Of a stretch of DNA of 55,501 bases, positions 17,481-25,009 are shown one piece after another. The translations under genes and the position numbers were made by a program. Numbering within the stretch: position 1 is the first letter of the stretch; the number at the start of each line of letters is the position of its first letter. The stretch comes from a virus (lineage: Duplodnaviria > Caudoviricetes), in the IMG/VR virus record IMGVR_UViG_3300013110_000375, positions 1-55,501 of that record; one strand, written 5' to 3'. Under the pieces are notes generated by a model, which worked only from the letters and a program-made list of their open reading frames with translations, made no database searches and was not told the origin of the DNA.

Positions 17481-18566
17481 TTATTTTTTATATTTATCAA
17501 TAAATTCTTCTTCAAGAATTGACACGACAACTGATCTAAAATCTTTATCTTTTAGTTTGTTGATCCAGTCTTTAGACTGAAATTTATATTCTTTTCCATC
17601 TTTACCAAAGACTGATTTCCATGCGCCAGAAGCTTTAAATCTATCTGATTTAATATTTGACAAAGCGTGAAGCCATGATTCTTCATCAGCAATACGAACT
17701 TTATCGCCACCCCACATCACATTAAAAATACATTCTCGACCATAACCAGCAGATCGAACCTTTTCAATACGAGCCTTAACCTCAGAGCCAATCTGTGTGC
17801 CGTTTTCATCCAATATGCGGCCTGCTTTTGCTTTGCGTCGAGTCAACCAAATACGCAAAGCGGTATGATAGACAATTGATTTTCCACCGGGTGTGAAATA
17901 TGGTGTTGTCATCATCTCTGCTGGTCTGCCCATATTAGTTTTTAACTGATTGAGCAAAAGAAGTGTTGACTGAGTTCTTTCCAAGGGAATCTGCAATTTC
18001 TTAAAAGCCAATGAAAGTACCCTTGGTTTAACTGCCATAGATGATTGGGGGTTGAAATCGCCCTCAACATCTCTTTCGGTTGGAGTTGCCGCAACAGAAT
18101 CCCAAATAAACAATAATTGTTGTTCTGGCCATTTTTCCATTGCGAACTCTATTATTCCAAGAACCTTTTCAACTGAAATTGCTTGAACATAAAGAACCTC
18201 TTTCATATCACAACCAGCCTTCTCTAAAAAGTCTCTATCGACTGCTGCTTCAGCATCAAAATAGATCACCTTCATTCCCATCTTGTTGGCGTTAGCTGCT
18301 ATAACGGTTGCCATAAACGATTTACCAGCAGATGAAAGACCTGCAAGTTCTGTTATTCTGCCAACTGGAATCCCGGCTTTTTTGCCGGGATATATTGACC
18401 AATCCAGCAAAGATGAACCAGTTGGAATCCAATCTTTAATATGTGCTGGGTTGTCATGTTCTAAATCATAAGCCGCTTCAATACCAAGCTTCTTATTTAT
18501 TGCCTTCACCATATCGGTGGTATCAATCTTTCCCGGCTTAAGAGCCATTTGTAATAGTTTTCCCAT
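17481..18566 (-). CDS. recA: RecA/UvsX-family recombinase
   Basis: IPTGSSLLD, GIPVGRITEL, Walker A GLSSAGKS, WDSVAA, LNQL, TPGGKS. Confidence 0.92.
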   Translation of the reverse strand: MGKLLQMALKPGKIDTTDMVKAINKKLGIEAAYDLEHDNPAHIKDWIPTGSSLLDWSIYPGKKAGIPVGRITELAGLSSAGKSFMATVIAANANKMGMKVIYFDAEAAVDRDFLEKAGCDMKEVLYVQAISVEKVLGIIEFAMEKWPEQQLLFIWDSVAATPTERDVEGDFNPQSSMAVKPRVLSLAFKKLQIPLERTQSTLLLLNQLKTNMGRPAEMMTTPYFTPGGKSIVYHTALRIWLTRRKAKAGRILDENGTQIGSEVKARIEKVRSAGYGRECIFNVMWGGDKVRIADEESWLHALSNIKSDRFKASGAWKSVFGKDGKEYKFQSKDWINKLKDKDFRSVVVSILEEEFIDKYKK

Positions 18567-19152
18567 TTAACCTCCAATAATTTTCTAAATCTTGCCTATT
18601 ATTAATTTTTTGACCATGTTCTTTAATATATTTCCAAGGAATTTTAGGATCATTCAATGAGGTTCCCACCTCTATTGTATAAAATAAACGTCCAAGATCC
18701 TCTTCATCTATTTGACCTTCCAACAAAGGAAGTATCTTTGTTTTCGCTTCGATAGAGCCGAAGTATTTTTTCCTACCTTCATTAAAAGGTTTTACAACTT
18801 TTTCTTGAATCCAAGGATCTAAAGCATCAAGGGTCAGTGCATAATGTTCATTAAAATTGCCATTCCATTTGGCACCAGAATATTCACTAAAGACAAATAT
18901 ATTTGTTTTTTTCTTCCATTCTTCTACCTTTTTAAGGCCGAAGCCCCTTGCCGTACTTACATCATTTTTAGACTTAAGTTTATTTTTGCGAATAACAAAT
19001 TCTGGTTTTGTTTTAAGTTCTACTGTAACCTCTTCATTATCAATAAATGTTTTTGCGTCTGGCCAATATTGGTTACCTCTGTTGGTTTCTGAAAAATCAG
19101 AGAGGCCAAAATGTTTAATTTGGGCCTTTTCTCTAACATCATCTTGTGCCAT
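18538..19152 (-). CDS. PvuII-family PD-(D/E)XK restriction endonuclease-like protein (orphan)
   Basis: PDA...VELKT catalytic motif, VST, IFVFSEY. C-terminal LNDPKIPWKYIKEHGQKI closely matches the PvuII C-terminus (INNPKIPVKYVMEHGTKI, recalled). Confidence 0.75.
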   Translation of the reverse strand: MAQDDVREKAQIKHFGLSDFSETNRGNQYWPDAKTFIDNEEVTVELKTKPEFVIRKNKLKSKNDVSTARGFGLKKVEEWKKKTNIFVFSEYSGAKWNGNFNEHYALTLDALDPWIQEKVVKPFNEGRKKYFGSIEAKTKILPLLEGQIDEEDLGRLFYTIEVGTSLNDPKIPWKYIKEHGQKINNRQDLENYWRLNGKTITNGS

Positions 19153-19171
19153 TTTATCCTCCATAAAAAAC

Positions 19172-19203
19172 GAGGCATCTGTAACCCATGCCCCCCTGCG
19201 GTC
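19172..19203 (-). ncRNA. Cis RNA H-type pseudoknot, copy D
   Basis: GACC-GCAGG-GGGGCAU-G-GGUU-ACAG-AUGCCUC, then U6 and the GGAGG SD of the nuclease gene. Confidence 0.7.
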
Positions 19204-19208
19204 TTAAC

Positions 19209-20147
19209 TCATTGGTTAAGTTTCTTTTTAAGATGCTTTTTATATCCTGAGAAACAGGATGACATCTTATTTTTACCAATAGTCGAACGCTGTGGGCTTT
19301 GATAGAATGACTCTATTATGCCCAAGGCAACCGACTCTTCGTGCATATTAACAACACTGCCGCCTCTTTGTTTGAAGTCGGAGGCTACATTTCTTTGCTT
19401 ACCTCTGGCGACAGACATGGCCCCGATGAAAGACTCAAAAGCACTTGAAATACTCTTGTCGCCAAGAACACCAGTATTTTTGAATACATGGGCCAAACCA
19501 CCAAGTAACTCATTTTGAGCCACCTTTTCATTAGTCCAAGTTTTTTGGATCAAGCTAGAGGCATTAATAACTGGACCTAAACCTGTTTTTTGAACAGTGT
19601 TTCTAAATCCGTTAATCTTGACTCTCCAAGCGGTGTTATTGTGTAACCCACTTGTTGCACCAACAGAGCTACCTTTTTCACCTGTTCCAAGCGACACACA
19701 CAAGCCAGACTTTGCCAAGTTACGGCTATCCTGCATTGCACTTTGGTCGCCAGAATGAACTTGGTGAACAAATACCTCATCGGAACTGAGTGATTTTCGA
19801 CCAGTTTTATTAATAATAACAAAGAGTTCACTTATCTGTTTTAAACTATCAACTTTGATAACTTGAACTGGCATTGTTTTAGCGTTTGGAAAAGCTTTTT
19901 TCCACAACTGGCGGCGATGGTCGCCGTCGAACAACAATCTTGTTCCGTCTGGTAGTTCTGCTACCAGTGGTGGTTGCCATAGGCCCCGATGAAACCCACC
20001 AACACAACTAATATATTTCTTAATTGTTTGGGATTCCGTTTTCCTATTAAGATAGGAAGGAATGTTAACATCTATATCAATAACTTGGACACTCTTGTTC
20101 AAGTTGTTGACTACGAAGCTTCCATTTCCATATAATTTTATTGACAT
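19209..20147 (-). CDS. ParB/Srx-like (DGQHR/DUF6551-type) protein
   Basis: PPLVA...LFDGDHRR...ELFVIINKTGRKSLS. Confidence 0.75.
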   Translation of the reverse strand: MSIKLYGNGSFVVNNLNKSVQVIDIDVNIPSYLNRKTESQTIKKYISCVGGFHRGLWQPPLVAELPDGTRLLFDGDHRRQLWKKAFPNAKTMPVQVIKVDSLKQISELFVIINKTGRKSLSSDEVFVHQVHSGDQSAMQDSRNLAKSGLCVSLGTGEKGSSVGATSGLHNNTAWRVKINGFRNTVQKTGLGPVINASSLIQKTWTNEKVAQNELLGGLAHVFKNTGVLGDKSISSAFESFIGAMSVARGKQRNVASDFKQRGGSVVNMHEESVALGIIESFYQSPQRSTIGKNKMSSCFSGYKKHLKKKLNQ

Positions 20148-20176
20148 TTTAACCTCCATTTTAGTTTCATATCAAT

Positions 20177-20209
20177 TTGGCACATTTCAACCCGTGCCTA
20201 CTCACGGTG
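20177..20209 (-). ncRNA. Cis RNA H-type pseudoknot, copy C (divergent)
   Basis: ACC-GUGAG-UAGGCAC-G-GGU-UGAAAU-GUGCCAA; same spacing as copies B and D. Confidence 0.5.
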
Positions 20210-20219
20210 TTTTTTTATT

Positions 20220-20327
20220 TTATTCAGCTTGGACTGCTGAATCTTGATCTTCTGATTGCACTTCTCCAGTGTCTTCAGATTTATCGCCACAAGCTATAAG
20301 CATTGCAGCTAACACAAAATACTTCAT
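20220..20327 (-). CDS. Tiny acidic lipoprotein, 35 aa (below ORF-track cutoff)
   Basis: MKYFVLAAMLIACGDKSEDTGEVQSEDQDSAVQAE; GGAGG SD; lipobox LIAC. Confidence 0.75.
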   Translation of the reverse strand: MKYFVLAAMLIACGDKSEDTGEVQSEDQDSAVQAE

Positions 20328-20346
20328 GTCTCCTCCATAAAAAAAT

Positions 20347-20380
20347 GAGGCATCTGTTCAAGCCATGCCTCCCTGCGCTT
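20347..20380 (-). ncRNA. Cis RNA H-type pseudoknot, copy B
   Basis: AAGC-GCAGG-GAGGCAU-G-GCUU-GAACAG-AUGCCUC, then U7 and GGAGG; P1 covaries with copy D. Confidence 0.7.
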
Positions 20381-20391
20381 CTAAAAATGAA

Positions 20392-20429
20392 GGGGCGCAA
20401 TTTATCTCCGCCGCGCCCCATGTGGCGGA
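20392..20429 (-). ncRNA. Cis RNA H-type pseudoknot, copy A
   Basis: UCCGCC-ACAU-GGGGCGC-GGCGGA-GAUAAAUU-GCGCCCC: perfect 6-bp P1 and 7-bp P2, just after the ssb stop. Confidence 0.75.
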
Positions 20430-20434
20430 TGGTC

Positions 20435-21196
20435 CTAACTGTTCATGAATTTATTAAACGCAGCATCTACCTTATTTTCGGTATTATACTTTTGCGTTTC
20501 CACAGAACGAGACTCAGAGGTTGCATCGGAGGAAAGATATTCATCCAACAAAGCTTTAACTTCTTGAGTTGTAAGTCGTTGGAACAAAGTCTCAATTTCT
20601 GGGATAGATTCAACAAGTTCCTCACAATTCGCAACAGCCTCATCACATAACGCCGATGGTCTACGGCGCGGCTTTAGTTGGGTTTTGGGGAACGAGCCGG
20701 GAGTTCCGGGAACAGTATAAGTTAGGACCAAATCGGTTCCTGTCTCTGGATGTGTAATATCACCGTAATCTGGGTCAAGGACATATCCAAGAAGAGTTTC
20801 ATATGCCATCTTGCCGTAAGACCAGACCTTAACACCGTCTTTTTCTTTTCCTCTCACAAGAATCGGTGAAAAGTAACGCTTACGAACAAACAGCTTCTTT
20901 GCTTCACGCTTGGCAGTATCATCATTGTTTGAAACGCCATCTCTCCAAAGAGATGAAGCGAAATCACAAATGGGACATTCTTCGCCGTGATTCTTCTTAG
21001 GACAAAGAATTCCGGGATTTCTACCTACGTTATAATGAAAGTGATACTCTTTAAATGGGTCGCCATCTTCAGTGGGCATGATACGAATTGTTTGATCGCC
21101 CTCTTGTGGTCGCCATTTTGTACTGTTTTCACTTTTTTTACCTCCGTTCTTGGAGGCTTCTAGTTTTGCTCTCATTGCTTCTAAATTAATAGCCAT
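20435..21196 (-). CDS. T4 gp32-like single-stranded DNA-binding protein
   Basis: W.P.EG...IRIMP, Zn site FH...CPK...CPIC, YGDITHPETGTDL, acidic tail. Confidence 0.9.
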   Translation of the reverse strand: MAINLEAMRAKLEASKNGGKKSENSTKWRPQEGDQTIRIMPTEDGDPFKEYHFHYNVGRNPGILCPKKNHGEECPICDFASSLWRDGVSNNDDTAKREAKKLFVRKRYFSPILVRGKEKDGVKVWSYGKMAYETLLGYVLDPDYGDITHPETGTDLVLTYTVPGTPGSFPKTQLKPRRRPSALCDEAVANCEELVESIPEIETLFQRLTTQEVKALLDEYLSSDATSESRSVETQKYNTENKVDAAFNKFMNS

Positions 21197-21245
21197 TTTT
21201 TTACTCCTTTGTTGTTTGATCTTTATTGGGGATACACCCTAAAGT

Positions 21246-21265
21246 CGGGGGGCAAAAGCCCCCCG
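21246..21265 (-). promoter_or_regulatory. 5' leader hairpin of the ssb mRNA
   Basis: CGGGGGGC-TTTT-GCCCCCCG, about 10 nt after the -10 box, with no U-tract. Confidence 0.65.
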
Positions 21266-21275
21266 CTCATGTTAT

Positions 21276-21304
21276 ATTATAGCATTATTTTTGCATATTG
21301 TCAA
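21276..21304 (-). promoter_or_regulatory. Consensus sigma70 promoter for the ssb-recA operon
   Basis: TTGACA-17 nt-TATAAT with extended -10 TG. Confidence 0.85.
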
Positions 21305-21539
21305 ATGAAATTTCGACTGTTTTTTTACTCACGGTTCCATGGGCCGTTCCCCAGTTAAAGGTGCGAAAACCTTTTGCATTTACATCATAGACAATTTCTT
21401 GTCCAGTTTGAGTTTGGTGTGGCTTCTTCTTCCCCTCAAAGAGAGAAGATGGCATGTCGCCTGTCCGAACAAAAGTCATTGTACGAGTTTGGCCACCTTT
21501 GGTGGTAAAAGTTCCGGTATATGCGTTGTAGCTACTCAT
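21285..21539 (-). CDS. Small WYL_2/Sm-like SH3-barrel phage protein
   Basis: FTTKGGQTRTM...VYDVNAKGFRTF pattern. Confidence 0.6.
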   Translation of the reverse strand: MSSYNAYTGTFTTKGGQTRTMTFVRTGDMPSSLFEGKKKPHQTQTGQEIVYDVNAKGFRTFNWGTAHGTVSKKTVEISFDNMQK

Positions 21540-21589
21540 TGATTCTCCTTTATTTTAATGATTGCTTTTTTGTCTTAATTGACTCTTAT

Positions 21590-21618
21590 AATATAGCCGC
21601 TTTTGACTATATTGTCAA
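21590..21618 (-). promoter_or_regulatory. Sigma70-type promoter
   Basis: TTGACA-17 nt-TATATT. Confidence 0.65.
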
Positions 21619-21627
21619 GTACTTTTT

Positions 21628-22497
21628 TTATTTTTTTCCTATCATCAATATCTCCCTCGCTTTTTTGGCACTATGGGTGCCGTCAGCGTTTTTCTTCCTT
21701 CTCCCTGCTGTATAAGTTACGTCGAAATAGACTAACTCATGATTGCCTGTGCGTTTTTCAAAGAATTGATCACCGATATCTCTGTTAGACATCAATGTAT
21801 ACGCTCCCTTGTCAACACAGGTATTTAAAAATTTAATAACTCTTTCTTGCATCTTGTCATCAAAATCGACTCCATATTGTGTAAATGAACCTCTGTATGG
21901 TGGGTCCAGAAAGACGTATGAGTCGCTCTGTACATAAGGTGTACTATCGGCAAAATCTCCGTCCAGCAATGTACACTGTTTGAGTGCTGTATGCCATGCT
22001 TTTACGTTATCTTTGTCGTATACCTTGGTCTTTTGATTTAGCAAGCCGCTTGGGGTCCCAAAGCGATTGTTGGTATTTTTATTAATTTGCCAAATGCCGT
22101 TAAATCCGGTTTTCATCAAGAAATAGAGTGACGCGCATTCTTCGGTCTTGGTCCACTTCTCATGATCATATGCATGTTCTTGTCGAAGAGCATAATAGAA
22201 CTTCTTACGACCGTCTTTGTCCAAAGGTAAATATGCATCAGACAACTGATCCATTCTTTTAAGAAACGGCTCTAAATCGCTTTTAATCGCTCGATATATG
22301 TTCATGATTGATTCATTATAATCATTAAGAACAAACTTTGCAGTTGGATTTAATTTATAGGCCCAAATAAACATTGCACCTCCGCCCAAAAATGGCTCAA
22401 CATAATGATTAACAGTTTCAGGCAAATAAGGTGCATATTTTTTAAGCATCTTGTTCTTGCCACCAGCCCACATAAATAAAGGTTTCATCTTGCTCAT
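21628..22497 (-). CDS. D12-class (Dam-like) N6-adenine DNA methyltransferase
   Basis: WAGGK, EPFLGGGA, LND, GFNG, FLDPPY, LMSN. Confidence 0.93.
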   Translation of the reverse strand: MSKMKPLFMWAGGKNKMLKKYAPYLPETVNHYVEPFLGGGAMFIWAYKLNPTAKFVLNDYNESIMNIYRAIKSDLEPFLKRMDQLSDAYLPLDKDGRKKFYYALRQEHAYDHEKWTKTEECASLYFLMKTGFNGIWQINKNTNNRFGTPSGLLNQKTKVYDKDNVKAWHTALKQCTLLDGDFADSTPYVQSDSYVFLDPPYRGSFTQYGVDFDDKMQERVIKFLNTCVDKGAYTLMSNRDIGDQFFEKRTGNHELVYFDVTYTAGRRKKNADGTHSAKKAREILMIGKK

Positions 22498-23009
22498 ATT
22501 ATCTCCTTAGTTAAGGTTTCTATTTCCATTTCCAAGTAATCAATCATATTTTGCTTCAACCAATCGCGTGAAAAGCCACCTTCATTCAAAAAACATGAAG
22601 GCCCCAAGTTGTGAAAAATGTTATATTTGCCTTTGTGGGGCCTATAAAGAGTTTTCCAGATCGGGTTATTGGGGCGAACACCAGAGCCAATTGCATATGT
22701 TACCAATGGGCAGCGGGGATTAGTAGACCTAATATGATCATAATTTTTAAACCAACGCTCTATGGCATTTCCTTCGTCATTTTGTTTCTTTCCCTCAAAG
22801 CTAGCTATAAGATGACCATCATAGAACCAAATTCCGCCATCGGGCTGGCAAGCACCGATACCATCAAGAAAGTATTCTTTGGGCAATTTATGTTTTCTTT
22901 CAAGAAGAGGATATTTTTCCATCATCTCATGGGCCACTTCTTTAGATATTTTTCGTATCATATCGTCATGTGATTTAGATTTTTCATCATATGCTTTTTT
23001 TCCTTGCAT
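22494..23009 (-). CDS. EcoRI-family restriction endonuclease-like protein
   Basis: PDGGI...FEGKKQ...GNAIERWFKN, compared with EcoRI PDGGI/EAKHQ/GNAIERSHKN (recalled). Confidence 0.75.
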   Translation of the reverse strand: MQGKKAYDEKSKSHDDMIRKISKEVAHEMMEKYPLLERKHKLPKEYFLDGIGACQPDGGIWFYDGHLIASFEGKKQNDEGNAIERWFKNYDHIRSTNPRCPLVTYAIGSGVRPNNPIWKTLYRPHKGKYNIFHNLGPSCFLNEGGFSRDWLKQNMIDYLEMEIETLTKEII

Positions 23010-23010
23010 A

Positions 23011-23814
23011 CTATTCTCCTTGGATGAAGTGGGTTGATTTTACTGAGTAATAAAACGATTGCTCATGCGGAGAAGAGAAAACTGCAAAAGATGAAAGAAT
23101 TTCATTTTCCTTGTCCATTGCAACTCTATCTGTAATCAGCGAAAGAATATCGTTTTGTTCTTCAAGTTCCTCTTGATTGATACTATACATGTATCCCGTT
23201 TCCTTTATATTGTCAAGGGGAAATACTAACTTTTCTTCACTTTCTTCTAAGGAACCCAATCCAAAGGTTCTAATCCTTGAAATTTCTTTTGGCTTTGCAA
23301 TGGAGCCCAGAACTGGGTCTTCTTTATTAAAATATTCTATTGTCTCGATAATACTTGCAATCGTTCTGTTAACATTCTCATATACTGAACTAATTGGACC
23401 TTCACCAACAATACTAACCATTTGTTCATTTGAGACAAGATATACGGCGTTTAAGAGCCCTGAGCGTGCAAACTGCTGAAGGACACCAAAGCATACTCTA
23501 TGCCTCTTTAATTGAATTGGGGTCGAGAGAAGTTCATCAGGACAAAGGTAAACAACGTTTATTGTTTTATTCTTTATCTTCTCCAGAATTCTTAAAGTGG
23601 CACCAGATACTTTTCCAGCACCACTAACAAATACCCAACACTCTTTTGCGCGGAATCCAAGCTCTTTCTTAAATGCGGGACATTTAGCCTCGTAATCTTC
23701 AACCTTTTTGCAAGTCGAAGGAAACTTATCCGCAGTGAATAATATTTTTTTATGACCTTTGGAAAAACAAGACGCAACGTTGCATCCAGCTTGACCAATT
23801 CCTATAACTACCAC
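23011..23814 (-). CDS. Divergent tubulin/FtsZ-superfamily GTPase (PhuZ/TubZ-like)
   Basis: T1 loop VIGIGQAGCNVA, degenerate signature SGAGKVSGA, YLVSNE, YENVN. Confidence 0.72.
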   Translation of the reverse strand: MVVIGIGQAGCNVASCFSKGHKKILFTADKFPSTCKKVEDYEAKCPAFKKELGFRAKECWVFVSGAGKVSGATLRILEKIKNKTINVVYLCPDELLSTPIQLKRHRVCFGVLQQFARSGLLNAVYLVSNEQMVSIVGEGPISSVYENVNRTIASIIETIEYFNKEDPVLGSIAKPKEISRIRTFGLGSLEESEEKLVFPLDNIKETGYMYSINQEELEEQNDILSLITDRVAMDKENEILSSFAVFSSPHEQSFYYSVKSTHFIQGE

Positions 23815-24998
23815 ATTAACCTCTCAAAGTTTTTAAGATCCTTCCCAATATGTACTGATGTGTTGAATATACCTAGTTTTGTATCGCTGAAAAGCTCCAA
23901 TAGTGTTGGAAGAACCTGCCTTTCTTCTGTTTTTAAATCGATGATAATCGAGTCATGAACTACAGAATGGACAAATGACTCTTTATCCTTCAGAAACTTA
24001 TTAATTTTAATTGCTGAATATAAGCAGTTATCCGAAGAAGAAGATTGAAGCAAGTAGTTTAATGCATGGAAGTCATCTGATTGGATCTCTCTTCCAAACG
24101 GGGTTGAAACAACGCCATTATTATAATATTTTTTTAGGACCTCGGATCGATTGTAAAACTTCTCTGTTTCTACATCAGTTGAGTTCGGATTATAAAGCCA
24201 AGCAAAGAACCTCTGTTTTGCCTTTGCTCTCGTATCTACTTCGTGGTAGATATTCTTCATATTCCATTCATGAATATCGCCCTCTGGTTGTTCTTTTCCG
24301 GCCAATGATAAAAGCGTTCTAATCTCGGCCCCATTGAAGTCCAATTGGATAAAAACGTCATTCTTTGGAATCACACAATCGGCTATTTCTTTCTTCAAGT
24401 TGAGAATCGGAAATGACCCTGTTTTCGTGGTCAAACGTCCGGTTATAGAACCCCATACATCGTACATAATACGCTGTTCTTCGCCTTTAACTTGGTTAAA
24501 TAGGTGGTACGCCTTCCTATCATTCTTGCTATGCCTAAACAGCCGATTTAGGTCAATAGAGACGATGTTCTCAGAAATATCTTCGGTCATTTCAAGTAGG
24601 TCAACCATGAACTGATGGTTCTTTGGTTTTTCAAGATTTTCAAAGATCCATTGGCAAATTTCGTTCTTTACTTCGCAATAGTGGCGTAGGTGGTGATCGG
24701 GAACAATTTCAAACAAACAAACATCATCAAAGCGGATTTTGGCGTTTGTCATCGACCTGAGAAATCCTTTGATTTTCCTTGATCTCACTTCAAAGCGGTC
24801 AACGAGGTGAGGAGGGCCAACCTCTCCAATGGGCTTTCCTTGACACCATATTTGAGCATATTCGATGTTCTTCCCGGCGAGATTGCGGTTCCATGACCAT
24901 GTTTGATCAAAGCCATTTGGAAGCTTATCGTATGTGAAAGATCCATTAGAATAAACGCCGAAACATTGTTCTCGGTCATCCAAAATTTGAAATATCAT
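23808..24998 (-). CDS. Minimal family A DNA polymerase, 396 aa
   Basis: TGRL, motif A LDFNGAEIR, DIH, motif B RAKAKQRFFAWLY, TPFGR, ALNYLLQSS, motif C VHDS. Confidence 0.88.
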   Translation of the reverse strand: MIFQILDDREQCFGVYSNGSFTYDKLPNGFDQTWSWNRNLAGKNIEYAQIWCQGKPIGEVGPPHLVDRFEVRSRKIKGFLRSMTNAKIRFDDVCLFEIVPDHHLRHYCEVKNEICQWIFENLEKPKNHQFMVDLLEMTEDISENIVSIDLNRLFRHSKNDRKAYHLFNQVKGEEQRIMYDVWGSITGRLTTKTGSFPILNLKKEIADCVIPKNDVFIQLDFNGAEIRTLLSLAGKEQPEGDIHEWNMKNIYHEVDTRAKAKQRFFAWLYNPNSTDVETEKFYNRSEVLKKYYNNGVVSTPFGREIQSDDFHALNYLLQSSSSDNCLYSAIKINKFLKDKESFVHSVVHDSIIIDLKTEERQVLPTLLELFSDTKLGIFNTSVHIGKDLKNFERLMW

Positions 24999-25009
24999 TT
25001 AAACCTCTT

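Noticed and set aside
12002-18566. Inteins or introns in RNR, helicase or RecA
   Set aside because: Lengths are normal and motifs contiguous; no splicing or homing endonuclease signatures were seen.
19165-20432. Repeated GC-rich elements as a CRISPR array, tRNAs or HDV-like ribozymes
   Set aside because: Copies are non-identical and separated by whole genes. There is no cloverleaf, and no nested P3/P1.1/P4 arrangement is evident.
1-25000. Bacterial chromosome or prophage flank, suggested by purA, clpS, recA, thyX and tdk
   Set aside because: These genes are interleaved with gp32-, gp41- and RNase H-like phage genes on one strand, continuous with the virion module, and no integrase or att site was seen.
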